The notes under the pieces were generated by a model. It saw only the letters and a program-made list of their open reading frames with translations. It was not told the DNA's origin and made no database searches. A DNA stretch of 38,009 nt from a virus (taxonomy: Duplodnaviria > Caudoviricetes): IMG/VR virus record IMGVR_UViG_3300021476_000011, positions 1 through 38,009 of that record. One strand, given 5' to 3'. Shown here one piece after another: positions 1 through 7,973 of this stretch; the stretch's first letter is position 1, and each line of letters begins with the position of its first letter. Both the position numbers and the translations under genes were made by a program.

Positions 1-218
1 TGGCTTCGATTTGGGACGGTGACATCTGGTTTCGAGAGCAGAGTGCGGCCTGCCACGCGGAAGTGTCGGGGCCGCGTGAGGAGTAACAGGCCGCTTGGGA
101 AGACTCCGCTTTTCCCCCCGCGGGGGGAAACCTTTTATCCCGCGCCCGTCCCTAGGGTGTCCGTGACAGCCAACTGGAACAGGTCCTGCGTTTCATCGCT
201 CAGATGGCGCAGCGTCCA
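1..218 (+). repeat. Terminal direct repeat, left copy (probable assembly overlap)
   Basis: Identical to 37791-38009 except G6 versus G7 in the run starting at 122. Confidence 0.97.
37..130 (-). ncRNA. Candidate structured leader RNA: three-tier stem-loop plus 20-bp palindrome
   Basis: Nested pairings 37-44/103-110 (one G.U on minus strand), 45-52/87-94, 54-60/72-78; perfect palindrome TTTCCCCCCGCGGGGGGAAA at 111-130. Confidence 0.45.
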
Positions 219-452
219 GACTCGCGCCGGGTTGCGGTCCGTTTCGTGGTCGTGGCTGTATTGCCGCGGGTTGCCGTGGAGCGCCGGCTCTTTCCAGTTG
301 CCGCCCAGGTCCTCCAGTTCCACCCCGACTATTTGGCGGTCTTTCCTGCGCCGCACCGCTTTCGCATTCGGGGCTGTCAGCAATTGCCGCGCGCGCGCTT
401 CGTCGGCGAACTCAATCACGCGCTCGCCCGAGAATACAGGTATCTTCCTCAC
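135..452 (-). CDS. Hypothetical phage protein (105 aa)
   Basis: Protein-like composition, co-oriented with late genes; 3' part repeated at 37926-38009. Confidence 0.65.
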   Translation of the reverse strand: MRKIPVFSGERVIEFADEARARQLLTAPNAKAVRRRKDRQIVGVELEDLGGNWKEPALHGNPRQYSHDHETDRNPARVWTLRHLSDETQDLFQLAVTDTLGTGAG

Positions 453-473
453 TTTTAGAATCGGGCTAGTTTT

Positions 474-505
474 AGCTGAAAGCTGATCGCTGAAAGCTGA
501 CAGCT
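474..505 (+). repeat. Intergenic heptamer tandem repeat (A/C)GCTGA(A/T/C) x4.5
   Basis: agctgaa agctgat cgctgaa agctgac agct. Confidence 0.9.
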
Positions 506-547
506 TTCCTGGTGGGACCGGTCCGGCAGTCCGCTGCTGTTTTTTCC

Positions 548-1009
548 CTACACCGCTTTCGCGGCCGCTTCAATGGGCGCCCTGGCTACCGCGGTAATCT
601 CCCGCGGCCCGGTGCGCTCCTGCAAAATGATCCGCCTCTGGTCCGCGATCGACACGTGCCGGTCGATCAGCTTCAGCGGAATGGTGATGGCCTCGTATAG
701 CGCCTCGAGTCCCAGAACTTTCTTCAGCAGCCCGAACGCGCGCTTGGGATTGGCGATCGTGCGGCGGTTCTCCCGCTTCCCGATCTGCAAGCTGTACAAC
801 CCGCCCTCCGCGACTGTGGTCTGGTCCGCCGCCAGATCCGGATACCATCCCAGTACCGCTGCTTTCAGGCGCTCCTCCTCATCGAGCAGGGGTTTCATCT
901 CCGCCTTCCGCCGCTGGATTTCGCCCAATCTGTCGATGGTTTGCTTCCGTGACTGGACAGGTGCCAGGGGGAGAGGGACCAGGGTAACCAGTTTCTCACT
1001 CGCAAGCAC
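548..1009 (-). CDS. Hypothetical phage protein with N-terminal coiled coil (153 aa)
   Basis: IDRLGEIQRRKAEMKPLLDEEERLKAAVL helix; GC3-rich codons; start uncertain. Confidence 0.75.
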   Translation of the reverse strand: MLASEKLVTLVPLPLAPVQSRKQTIDRLGEIQRRKAEMKPLLDEEERLKAAVLGWYPDLAADQTTVAEGGLYSLQIGKRENRRTIANPKRAFGLLKKVLGLEALYEAITIPLKLIDRHVSIADQRRIILQERTGPREITAVARAPIEAAAKAV

Positions 1010-1447
1010 AGGCTTCCATCGTGCCCTGATTGGAGAGTTTCAAACAATCCGCTCATTAGTTGTCGGGGGAAATCCGGGGGCAGCGCGGCTTCGGGCCGTG
1101 ACTCGAGTTGTGCAGCAAGGAAGATGAACAGATGGAAATACCTTCGCCTTTCGCTTTGCTTTCTCCTTGTGCGCGGATAAGAAATGCGCCTAAAGTTATG
1201 AGAAGTACTAGGCGCCCATAACTCTAATTCCGGGACGCGCGTGAACGGAGCGGCAAAATCCAGCGAGTCGCCAGACCCTGAACCCCCATCACGTCGTGCG
1301 AAAAAATTTTTGTCGAGGTGCGCACGGGCCCTCTTTTCGTGGCACAATCGATTCTGGTTTCGGTGGCCGTCGGCCGGGTCCGCTTCTCAGAAGTGGAACG
1401 TCACCCCGGCCGGCGCCCCGACGCTCAGTGACGTGGGCGAGATAAAC

Positions 1448-2407
1448 TCACAGCCCCAACGCCGCGCACGCATTGGCCCGCCAGACATCCCGGGGGCGGA
1501 AGTACCGCCGGAGTGTCGCCATATCTCGGTGCCCCGAGTGGGACGCGATCCGCAGCTCGCCGATGTCCCGCTCCCCGGCTTCGGTGATGAACCCGCTGCG
1601 CAAGCTGTGGCTGCCGAACTTCTTCGGGTCGAGCCCAATCTTCGCCACGCACTGCTGCACAATTTGGCAGTAGCGTTCCGGCTGAATCGGCCGCAGCTTC
1701 GCCCCCATGCCGCCTCCAAGGTTCGTAAACACGGCGCCGGGCCCATCGCCGCGCTCCTGGAGCCATTGCTTCAGCGAGCGCACCGGGCAAGTGTCCCGAT
1801 TCCGGCCGTACGGCACCCCAATCAGCCGCGGCTCTCCTTCCTGGTTCTGTTTTTCGCGGCGGATCGTAAGCACCAGGCCGCGCGCATCGAAGCGGATGTC
1901 GCTGACCTGGAGCGCCGCCAGGTTGGCGCTGCGGAGCGCCGAGGCCCAGCCCAACAGCAGGATGGCGCGGTTGCGTATCGCGATCGGCCGCCGGTCGCGC
2001 TCGAGAACCCGCGAGATCGAGCGCAAGGCATCCAGGCTGAGAGCCTCCACTTGCCGGACCGTTTCCTGCCGGCTGCGCCTGGCGCCCCGCAGCAGTTCCC
2101 GCACTTCTTCGGTGACCGGCGATGGTATACCAATCGCCCGGTGCATGAAGCCGATGACAGCCAGGCGCCGCGCGGTGGTGGAGACTTTTCTGCCGGCCGA
2201 CAGCAGCGCCGTGGCGTACAGACTGACGGTTTCGGCCGTGGCCGGCAGCGGCGCCAGATTCACGGTGTTCGTCCAGCGCGTGAACACCAGCCAATCGTAG
2301 CGGTAGCCACGTTGGGTGTTGTGCGCGAGCAGGGCGTTTTTGAGCTTGCTTCGCTCGGCGCGAAGCTTGGAGATACAGCTTTCCAGGGTCGGTGTGAGTT
2401 GTCGCAT
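1448..2407 (-). CDS. Tyrosine recombinase, Cre-like site-specific recombinase/integrase (319 aa)
   Basis: Catalytic set present: ALRSANL (R), REKQNQ (K), SHSLRSG (HxxR), SGHRD (H), LRRYF (Y); N-terminal TQRGYRYDW core-binding domain; no arm-binding extension. Confidence 0.93.
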   Translation of the reverse strand: MRQLTPTLESCISKLRAERSKLKNALLAHNTQRGYRYDWLVFTRWTNTVNLAPLPATAETVSLYATALLSAGRKVSTTARRLAVIGFMHRAIGIPSPVTEEVRELLRGARRSRQETVRQVEALSLDALRSISRVLERDRRPIAIRNRAILLLGWASALRSANLAALQVSDIRFDARGLVLTIRREKQNQEGEPRLIGVPYGRNRDTCPVRSLKQWLQERGDGPGAVFTNLGGGMGAKLRPIQPERYCQIVQQCVAKIGLDPKKFGSHSLRSGFITEAGERDIGELRIASHSGHRDMATLRRYFRPRDVWRANACAALGL

Positions 2408-2706
2408 AGCAAACGCAACTCTACCCTTCCCTGGATAGCTGTACGCGGAAAAAACTCGGATTGTACCGCGCGCGCTACCACGCGGGACCCGAGGAATGCC
2501 ATCCGCCGGCGGAGCAGGCCTGGGAGATCACCTCCCGAGACGATTCCTCACGGCTGCTAGATCGCACAACTGACAGCCGCAAAGGTGTAAGCGCGCCGGG
2601 AGATGCCGGCCTCAGTCCCCATTCTCTCACCAGGCCCTCCTCCAGCGCAAAATTTCAACACCGCAGTTTGTCAGCAGGGCGCAGTTTGCGCCCCGCGGGA
2701 GGGTTT

Positions 2707-2988
2707 ATGGAAGACCCATTTCAGCAGGCGCGCGAGGAGGCGTTGATTCGCCTCGCCATGGCGCAAGATGAAGCCCGTCGAGCCCGCGAGTTGGGCTGTT
2801 CCGTGGCCGAGGGGGAATACGCAGCTCACCTGGTGCGCGTTGCCATGCGCCAGGCCGAGGAAAGGGCCTGTCGCCGCGCCGCAGCGGCCGCGAATGAGGC
2901 GGTGGCCGCGAAGGAGGCGGCCGGCGCAGAACTCGGCAAGCGCGGCCTGCGCGTCGTGAGCCGCCGCCCCGCGGGAGGCCGCTCATGA
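2707..2988 (+). CDS. Hypothetical helical protein (93 aa)
   Basis: GGAGGG RBS before ATG 2707; ATGA overlap with next gene. Confidence 0.7.
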   Translation: MEDPFQQAREEALIRLAMAQDEARRARELGCSVAEGEYAAHLVRVAMRQAEERACRRAAAAANEAVAAKEAAGAELGKRGLRVVSRRPAGGRS

Positions 2989-3188
2989 TGCCGCGTGCCA
3001 AATGGGCGTATACGGAGGTCCCCACGATCCTAATTCCCCTCCAGCATGGCCATCCCTACCCGGAGACCATTCTCGTGGATGGGAAGACCTTTTACCCCGT
3101 CGTTCCGCAGCCAGGAGATCCACCCCACCACGTGCGCTACTGGCCCGCGGAGTTCGTCGACGGTCTCGTACCGGAGGTAGCACCATGA
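2985..3188 (+). CDS. Hypothetical protein (67 aa)
   Basis: GGAGG RBS; ATGA coupling at both ends. Confidence 0.7.
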   Translation: MMPRAKWAYTEVPTILIPLQHGHPYPETILVDGKTFYPVVPQPGDPPHHVRYWPAEFVDGLVPEVAP

Positions 3189-4549
3189 GCTGGCCCTATG
3201 CCGAAGCTGCCAAACAATTCCATGCCGCGCACGGACACGCGCGGTTCGCCCCGGCCTTCCATAGCTTCCTGGAGGCCGGCATGGAAAACCCGGCGCTGTC
3301 CTCGGACGCGCGCTGCATCCTGGGCTTGATCCGCTACGCGTGGGGCCAGCAATCCGACGTGGCCGTGGACCTTCCCCCTCCGCTATCGCTCCACGAGCCC
3401 AAACAGCGCCCCCTCAGCCAGGCCGCGTTCGCGGAACGGATCGGCCTCAGCGCTGGCGCCGCCTCCGATGCCTGCGTCAAGCTCCGCGCCCAATCCTTAT
3501 TGAATCCCAACTCCTCCGTGCTAAGATTGGACGACCAGCAGGCCGGCCCTCTGTTCGCCGCGCAACGCGCGCAGAATCAGAGGGCTGCGATGCAGTCACG
3601 TTCAGACTCCACCGATAACCCCGAGGCAGAAAATCCGCAGTCAGGTTCAGACTCCACCAATTCTTCTTCGCCTTTTCTTCGCTTTCAGGAAGCGTTCCTC
3701 GGCGCCCACCCGGACCTGGCGAGGGAGATTTCCGACGCCGAGACCTCGCGGGATCACCTGTACGCGGAAGCTCGACAAGCCAGCGAGGAAGTCCGCCGCC
3801 TCAGGCGAGCGGTGCTGAGCGCCTGGCAGCGGCATCAACGTCGTTCAGACTCGGCCGCCGAAAACCCCGCGAAAGCCATGGAGTATGATTCCGACTCCAG
3901 CAACTTCCGCCCCGGGTCAGGTTCAGACTCGACTCTGCAGTCCGTTCACGACTCCACCCGGAGTCACGTTCAGACTGCCGAATCCGACGTTCAGTATGTC
4001 CGAACTGACTCCAAAAATAACCCCTCTGTTTTCAACGCCGGCGCCCCGGCGCCTGTAAGAACTCTTTTACAGAAGACAGAGCAATCAACGTCGTCGTCGG
4101 CGGAACCTATGTCTAAAGGGCCGGCCGAAACGACGACGACGACGACGGCGATCCCGCCCGAAATCCAGATCGCGGCCGAGCTGCAGGTGGATCCGGGCGC
4201 GGCCTCCAAGCTCTGGGCGGCAGCCACGGCGGTCGATGCCACCATAACCCCCACTGAGATAGTCGGAATTTGCGCCCTCAAACTGCAACAGTGGCACCCG
4301 GCGATAACGGCCGGCAAAGTCCAAAACTGGGTTGGGCTGCTGATCCGATCTCTCCCGGACGCGGTGTTCGGCCCCTTACGCGACCAGGCTCGCGCAGAAA
4401 TCGCCAAGCGGGAAGCGGCCGCCGCCGCCGCGGCCAGACGCCAAGCTGAAATGGAAGCGGAGCAGCGCAAAATACTGAACGATCCGGCCGCCAGCGAAGA
4501 GGACAGGCGCTGGGCGCGGCTCGGGCTCGGGCTGGAGGAAGAGAGCTGA
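3185..4549 (+). CDS. Probable replication initiator (HTH-containing, lambda O-like architecture; 454 aa)
   Basis: GGAGGT RBS; wHTH-like LSQAAFAERIGLSAGAASDACVKL; low-complexity middle encoded by iteron-like repeats; helical C-terminus. Confidence 0.65.
   Translation: MSWPYAEAAKQFHAAHGHARFAPAFHSFLEAGMENPALSSDARCILGLIRYAWGQQSDVAVDLPPPLSLHEPKQRPLSQAAFAERIGLSAGAASDACVKLRAQSLLNPNSSVLRLDDQQAGPLFAAQRAQNQRAAMQSRSDSTDNPEAENPQSGSDSTNSSSPFLRFQEAFLGAHPDLAREISDAETSRDHLYAEARQASEEVRRLRRAVLSAWQRHQRRSDSAAENPAKAMEYDSDSSNFRPGSGSDSTLQSVHDSTRSHVQTAESDVQYVRTDSKNNPSVFNAGAPAPVRTLLQKTEQSTSSSAEPMSKGPAETTTTTTAIPPEIQIAAELQVDPGAASKLWAAATAVDATITPTEIVGICALKLQQWHPAITAGKVQNWVGLLIRSLPDAVFGPLRDQARAEIAKREAAAAAAARRQAEMEAEQRKILNDPAASEEDRRWARLGLGLEEES
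3592..3996 (+). repeat. Iteron-like direct repeats, core GTTCAGACTC (candidate origin)
   Basis: 22-bp copies at 3592 and 3637 (1 mismatch); cores at 3843 and 3921; variants near 3944, 3968, 3989; A/T-richer stretch follows from about 4013. Confidence 0.7.
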
Positions 4550-4551
4550 AG

Positions 4552-4902
4552 ATGACCCGGCACTTCTACCTGTCCACGGCCTGCCAGCACGAGCTACACG
4601 ACGAGTGCCGGCGGAGCTGCACATTCTGCGCGGCGCCCTGCCGCTGCGGCTGCCACCGGCCGGATCCGCCAGATAGCGAGCCGGCCCGCACGGATCGCGT
4701 CGAGATCCAGGGAGGACTCATCCATCTGCCGGCCGAATTCCGCGAGGTGGCCGCTCTCGCCAATCGGGCCGGGATCGAGAGCTTCGAATTCGCCGACGCC
4801 GAATACGACATCCAATGCCCCGAGCCGGACCCGGACCCGGAATGGCCGCGGGTTTACCTCGTGCTGACTTACCGGAGGAGGAACCATGCCGATCCGAGCT
4901 GA
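4552..4902 (+). CDS. Hypothetical protein with Cys/His-rich N-terminus (116 aa)
   Basis: YLSTACQHELHDECRRSCTFCAAPCRCGCH; in operon with rep gene. Confidence 0.7.
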   Translation: MTRHFYLSTACQHELHDECRRSCTFCAAPCRCGCHRPDPPDSEPARTDRVEIQGGLIHLPAEFREVAALANRAGIESFEFADAEYDIQCPEPDPDPEWPRVYLVLTYRRRNHADPS

Positions 4903-5320
4903 CCTCCGTCATTTCTACGGCCGCGAGTGGCGCGACGAGCACCGGCCGCGCATCCTGGCGCGCGCCGAAAACTGCTGTGAGGCCTGCGCCAAGCCCAATG
5001 GAGTGCAGCTCCTCACCATGACCTGGCGCGCGGACTCGGGCGAGCGCATGATGATCTGGCGCTGGAACACGATCATCCCTCGGTGGTGGGACCAGAACGG
5101 CGAGCCATGGAGCGGAACTCCGCCGCCAGGCGTCCGCCTCCGGCCGATTAAAGTTGTGCTGGCAGTCGCGCACCGCAACCACGATCCCGCCGACAATCGC
5201 GACGAGAACCTGGCGGCATGGTGCAACTGGCATCACCTCCAGCACGATCAGGAGCGCCACCGCGATACCCGCGCCGGCCGCAAGGATCGCGGCCGGCCGC
5301 TGCTGGCGGAGGCCTCGTGA
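4886..5320 (+). CDS. HNH-like (zinc-binding) phage protein (144 aa)
   Basis: GGAGGAGG RBS; CEAC...VLAVAHRNHDPADNRDENLAAWCNWHHLQHD fits an HNH-type motif. Confidence 0.8.
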   Translation: MPIRADLRHFYGREWRDEHRPRILARAENCCEACAKPNGVQLLTMTWRADSGERMMIWRWNTIIPRWWDQNGEPWSGTPPPGVRLRPIKVVLAVAHRNHDPADNRDENLAAWCNWHHLQHDQERHRDTRAGRKDRGRPLLAEAS

Positions 5321-5574
5321 CCGTGCGCTTCTCCCCGCGCGGCCGTTCCGCCTGCGCCCTGCTGGCCTATGCGGAGCCCTTGGCCGACCGGCAGCGGATG
5401 TACATCCGCAGGACGGGTGAAAATGCAGTCACCGGCGAAGCCATCGCACGCGCACACGGCCGGCCGGTGTGGTTCATCCGCTGGAACGACGCCGCCGACG
5501 CCGCCGAGCCCGAACAGTGGCACGGAGCTTACCTCGAGACACTCGACGGAAAGGCACTCTATGACGCCGCATGA
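5317..5574 (+). CDS. Hypothetical protein (85 aa)
   Basis: GGAGG RBS; GTGA overlap with the HNH stop. Confidence 0.6.
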   Translation: MTVRFSPRGRSACALLAYAEPLADRQRMYIRRTGENAVTGEAIARAHGRPVWFIRWNDAADAAEPEQWHGAYLETLDGKALYDAA

Positions 5575-5674
5575 GCTGAGCCCAGGCGACGTGGTGATTC
5601 TGCATTGTGAGCAAGCCCGCTGCCAGGTCACCGCACGGCCCAATTTCAAGACTGCGGAGGCGCCACACAAATGA
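5561..5674 (+). CDS. Small hypothetical protein or gene remnant (37 aa)
   Basis: MTPHELSPGDVVILHCEQ...; fills the operon gap, ATGA overlap with next gene. Confidence 0.4.
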   Translation: MTPHELSPGDVVILHCEQARCQVTARPNFKTAEAPHK

Positions 5675-5967
5675 GTAGTCCGCGCGATGTCACTCAACCG
5701 CGCATGAAGAGCCAGGCCGAGATTCAGCGCGCCCACGATATTCTGCACTTCCTGGGCACTCACAGAGGTACGGGACTGTTCGCCGAGCCGGAGGCCGTTG
5801 ACGCCGCGCACGATGCGCTGGCCTGGGTGCTGGGGTTCCCATGCGGAGAAGCGCTCGACGACAACCTCTCCACCGCGGTCGCGTATCTGCGCGTTTTGGG
5901 CTTCGTGGAAGTGGGTTTCGGCCGGCCGCTGTCACCTGAAGAGCAGAAGTCCCGCAAAATCGACTAA
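5671..5967 (+). CDS. Hypothetical protein (98 aa)
   Basis: EIQRAHDIL...AHDALAWVLG helical protein; last gene of the rightward operon. Confidence 0.7.
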   Translation: MSSPRDVTQPRMKSQAEIQRAHDILHFLGTHRGTGLFAEPEAVDAAHDALAWVLGFPCGEALDDNLSTAVAYLRVLGFVEVGFGRPLSPEEQKSRKID

Positions 5968-5986
5968 CCGACCGGGCGGGCCGGCC

Positions 5987-6652
5987 TCACCGGCCGGCCG
6001 CCCCTTTCTTGGCGTCGCTCATATTGATCAACACCGTGGTCAGCAGCGAGCGCACATCCTCCGCCTTGACCAGCAGCCCATGCGCGGCGGCGTGCTGCAG
6101 GCACTGGGCATACGCATCCACCACGCTATTGGTATAGCTCACCAGCGTTCCGGCCCACGCCGGCAGCGTGCTAACCTGTGACAGATCTTGAGCGGCTGCC
6201 TGGGCCGCCGGCGTTCGCTGGACACGAATCGGCGGCTCGGGGGCTGGATCGGGTGTCGTTTTCTCCGTCCGGGTTGCGGCGCTGACATGGTGCTGCGTAG
6301 TATTCTGCCTCTGCGCATTTTGCCGCTGGGCGTGATTGAGTGACAATCGCAGATCGCGCTCCAGCGGCGTTTCTCCGGCTTCGGGCGTCGGGTTTTCGAG
6401 ATAGACATCCCACCGCGTTTTCTGCCCTTTGCCGGCCGGCTTCAGTTTGCAGACCCAGAAATCCTGCCGCGGCTGAATCTCCATGAGGTTGATTTTCGCC
6501 GCCACGTCCGGATCGAGGAACATTTTTCGGCCGTCTGCAAGCGTGTACATCACGCGCGGTCCGTACATGCCCTCCGTGAGCCGGCCGTCCGCGTAGGCCA
6601 GGGCCACACGCTCCGGTACCCCGGATTGAAAGTTGACGTATTCGGCTTCCAT
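5987..6652 (-). CDS. Hypothetical early protein (221 aa), beta-rich N-domain, possibly ssDNA-binding/recombination related
   Basis: GGAGGTGGCGTGATG start context; in-frame alternative ATG at 6730; function is a guess. Confidence 0.7.
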   Translation of the reverse strand: MEAEYVNFQSGVPERVALAYADGRLTEGMYGPRVMYTLADGRKMFLDPDVAAKINLMEIQPRQDFWVCKLKPAGKGQKTRWDVYLENPTPEAGETPLERDLRLSLNHAQRQNAQRQNTTQHHVSAATRTEKTTPDPAPEPPIRVQRTPAAQAAAQDLSQVSTLPAWAGTLVSYTNSVVDAYAQCLQHAAAHGLLVKAEDVRSLLTTVLINMSDAKKGAAGR

Positions 6653-6897
6653 CACGCCACCTCCCGCATGCACCGCGGCCCAGTAAGTGGCCTCGAGGAC
6701 GCGCTTCCCTTCCTCTGATCGCCGTAACATTCAGCCTCCGCCTCGGCCGGCTCGGACGCCGGCCGGCTGCTCGAACACCACTCCTCGCACGCCTGATCTT
6801 CCCGCGCGCCGCAATCCAAGCAGCGCTCGGGCTCTTCCGGCGGCTCCCACTGACCGTAATAGTCGCGATCAGACGGGGCATCCCACATGGACCACAT
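6652..6897 (-). CDS. Small Cys-containing protein (81 aa)
   Basis: MWSMWDAPSDRDYY...CLDCG...; RBS and TGATG coupling at both ends. Confidence 0.6.
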   Translation of the reverse strand: MWSMWDAPSDRDYYGQWEPPEEPERCLDCGAREDQACEEWCSSSRPASEPAEAEAECYGDQRKGSASSRPLTGPRCMREVA

Positions 6898-7037
6898 CAC
6901 GCCACCTCCTCCCACCACTGCCGGCCGCACCGTCCGCAGACCCACAGATGCCTCCGTGAATTGCATAGCGCCGGGGCCGCGGCCCAGCGCGCGCGGTGAA
7001 ACACCCGGCACAGCAAGGTCTTCAGCCGCCGCCGCAT
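6897..7037 (-). CDS. Small zinc-ribbon-like protein (46 aa)
   Basis: MRRRLKTLLCRVFH...VCGRCGRQW; TGATG coupling. Confidence 0.65.
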   Translation of the reverse strand: MRRRLKTLLCRVFHRARWAAAPALCNSRRHLWVCGRCGRQWWEEVA

Positions 7038-7315
7038 CACGCCACCTCCCCACAGCAGACGGCGGCCGGGTTGAGCAGCACCCGGTCGCTCTGCACCGTC
7101 TTGCGCGTGGAGCCGCACGCCACGCAGGGCAGGTCCTGCGCGGTGAAGAGCCACCGCGCGTCATAGGCGATGGCGTCCAGGTCCTCCTGGCAGTTCGTGC
7201 AGACCAGTTGCGCGCCGCGGTACCGCAGATCGCGGGCCACGCATCCGCAGCGCTCGCAGTCGCCCGGTTCGTTGTGCGCGTAGAAATCGCGCTTGTCGGT
7301 GCAGTTGTAGGCCAT
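7037..7315 (-). CDS. Cys-rich protein with three CxxC motifs (92 aa)
   Basis: CERC, CTNC, CVAC; GGAGGT RBS. Confidence 0.75.
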   Translation of the reverse strand: MAYNCTDKRDFYAHNEPGDCERCGCVARDLRYRGAQLVCTNCQEDLDAIAYDARWLFTAQDLPCVACGSTRKTVQSDRVLLNPAAVCCGEVA

Positions 7316-7450
7316 TTACCGCACCTCCAGGTACATCTCGATGCGGCAGAGTGTGGCCCACGCCTCATTCAGGCCGCTGGTCCGTAGGACCTCCGCGGCC
7401 GCTCGACGGATAATCTCGATGGCGTCCATCCGCGCCAGTTGCTGCTTTGC
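7228..7450 (+). repeat. About 223-bp direct repeat, copy 1
   Basis: Matches 7886-8107 with about 7 substitutions and 1 indel (manual alignment). Confidence 0.95.
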
Positions 7451-7459
7451 GTTGGTCAT
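7316..7459 (-). CDS. Small helical protein, copy 1 (47 aa, MTNAKQQLARMDAIEIIRR...)
   Basis: Not in ORF track; AGGAGG RBS; paralog at 7973-8116 differs mostly by silent changes. Confidence 0.75.
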   Translation of the reverse strand: MTNAKQQLARMDAIEIIRRAAAEVLRTSGLNEAWATLCRIEMYLEVR

Positions 7460-7482
7460 TCTCGACCACCCCTCCTATAAAG

Positions 7483-7540
7483 TAGTATATGATAATCAAT
7501 ATTATGAGTCAAGCAAAAAAAATAGTGTATGATAATCTCC
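7483..7540. promoter_or_regulatory. Divergent promoter/operator region 1
   Basis: Minus strand TTGACT(7512-7507)-17bp-TATACT(7489-7484); plus strand TATGAT (7528-7533) 7 nt before ATG 7541; direct repeat TAGTRTATGATAATC at 7483 and 7523. Confidence 0.75.
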
Positions 7541-7735
7541 ATGGAAACGCTCCCGGCGGTGATGATGTTGACATGCCGGCGTTGCGGCCATCAGTGGATC
7601 CGGCGCGCGATAACCAAGCCGAAACAGTGCCCACATTGCAAGCAGACGCGGTGGGACATTGCGGCAGGAGAACTTCCGATGGGGCGGCCACCCGGCACCC
7701 GGCGCCGGGGCCGGCCGCGCAAGGGGGGAAAATGA
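7541..7735 (+). CDS. Small zinc-ribbon protein with AT-hook-like tail, candidate DNA-binding regulator (64 aa)
   Basis: CRRCGHQW...KPKQCPHC...RW; GRPP and RRGRPRK motifs. Confidence 0.75.
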   Translation: METLPAVMMLTCRRCGHQWIRRAITKPKQCPHCKQTRWDIAAGELPMGRPPGTRRRGRPRKGGK

Positions 7736-7941
7736 GAACCGTAGTCGCTCTGCTGCTTGCTGTGTGCGCGGCGTTCGCCCAGGAGTCGGAATTCACCACA
7801 TGCGGGCTGTGGAACGGTCGAATTTGGCTCGTCAGTTCCGCCGAGGGCAAAAGCATGTACATCCTCGGCTACGTCGATGCGCTCCGATCGCGGGCCACGC
7901 ATCCGCAGCGCTCGCAGTCGCGCAGTTCGTCGTGCGCGTAA
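7732..7941 (+). pseudogene. Exported protein, probably truncated at about 7886
   Basis: Signal peptide MRTVVALLLAVCAAFA|Q; after ...YILGYVDALR the frame runs into the antisense of repeat copy 2. Confidence 0.6.
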
Positions 7942-7973
7942 AAATCGCGCTTGTCGGTGCAGTTGTAGGCCAT
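7869..7973 (-). pseudogene. Truncated second copy of the Cys-rich gene 7037-7315
   Basis: MAYNCTDKRDFYAHDELRDCERCGCVARD, then homology ends at 7886 and a stop follows. Confidence 0.75.

Noticed and set aside
111-130. Rho-independent terminator for the minus-strand operon
   Set aside because: No U-tract follows the hairpin on the minus strand; kept only as part of the structured-leader candidate
1010-1447. tRNA gene or tRNA-derived attP
   Set aside because: No cloverleaf or T-loop GTTCGA...CCA pattern seen by eye
1241-2560. 439-aa plus-strand ORF over the recombinase
   Set aside because: Antisense shadow of the tyrosine recombinase with no recognisable motifs
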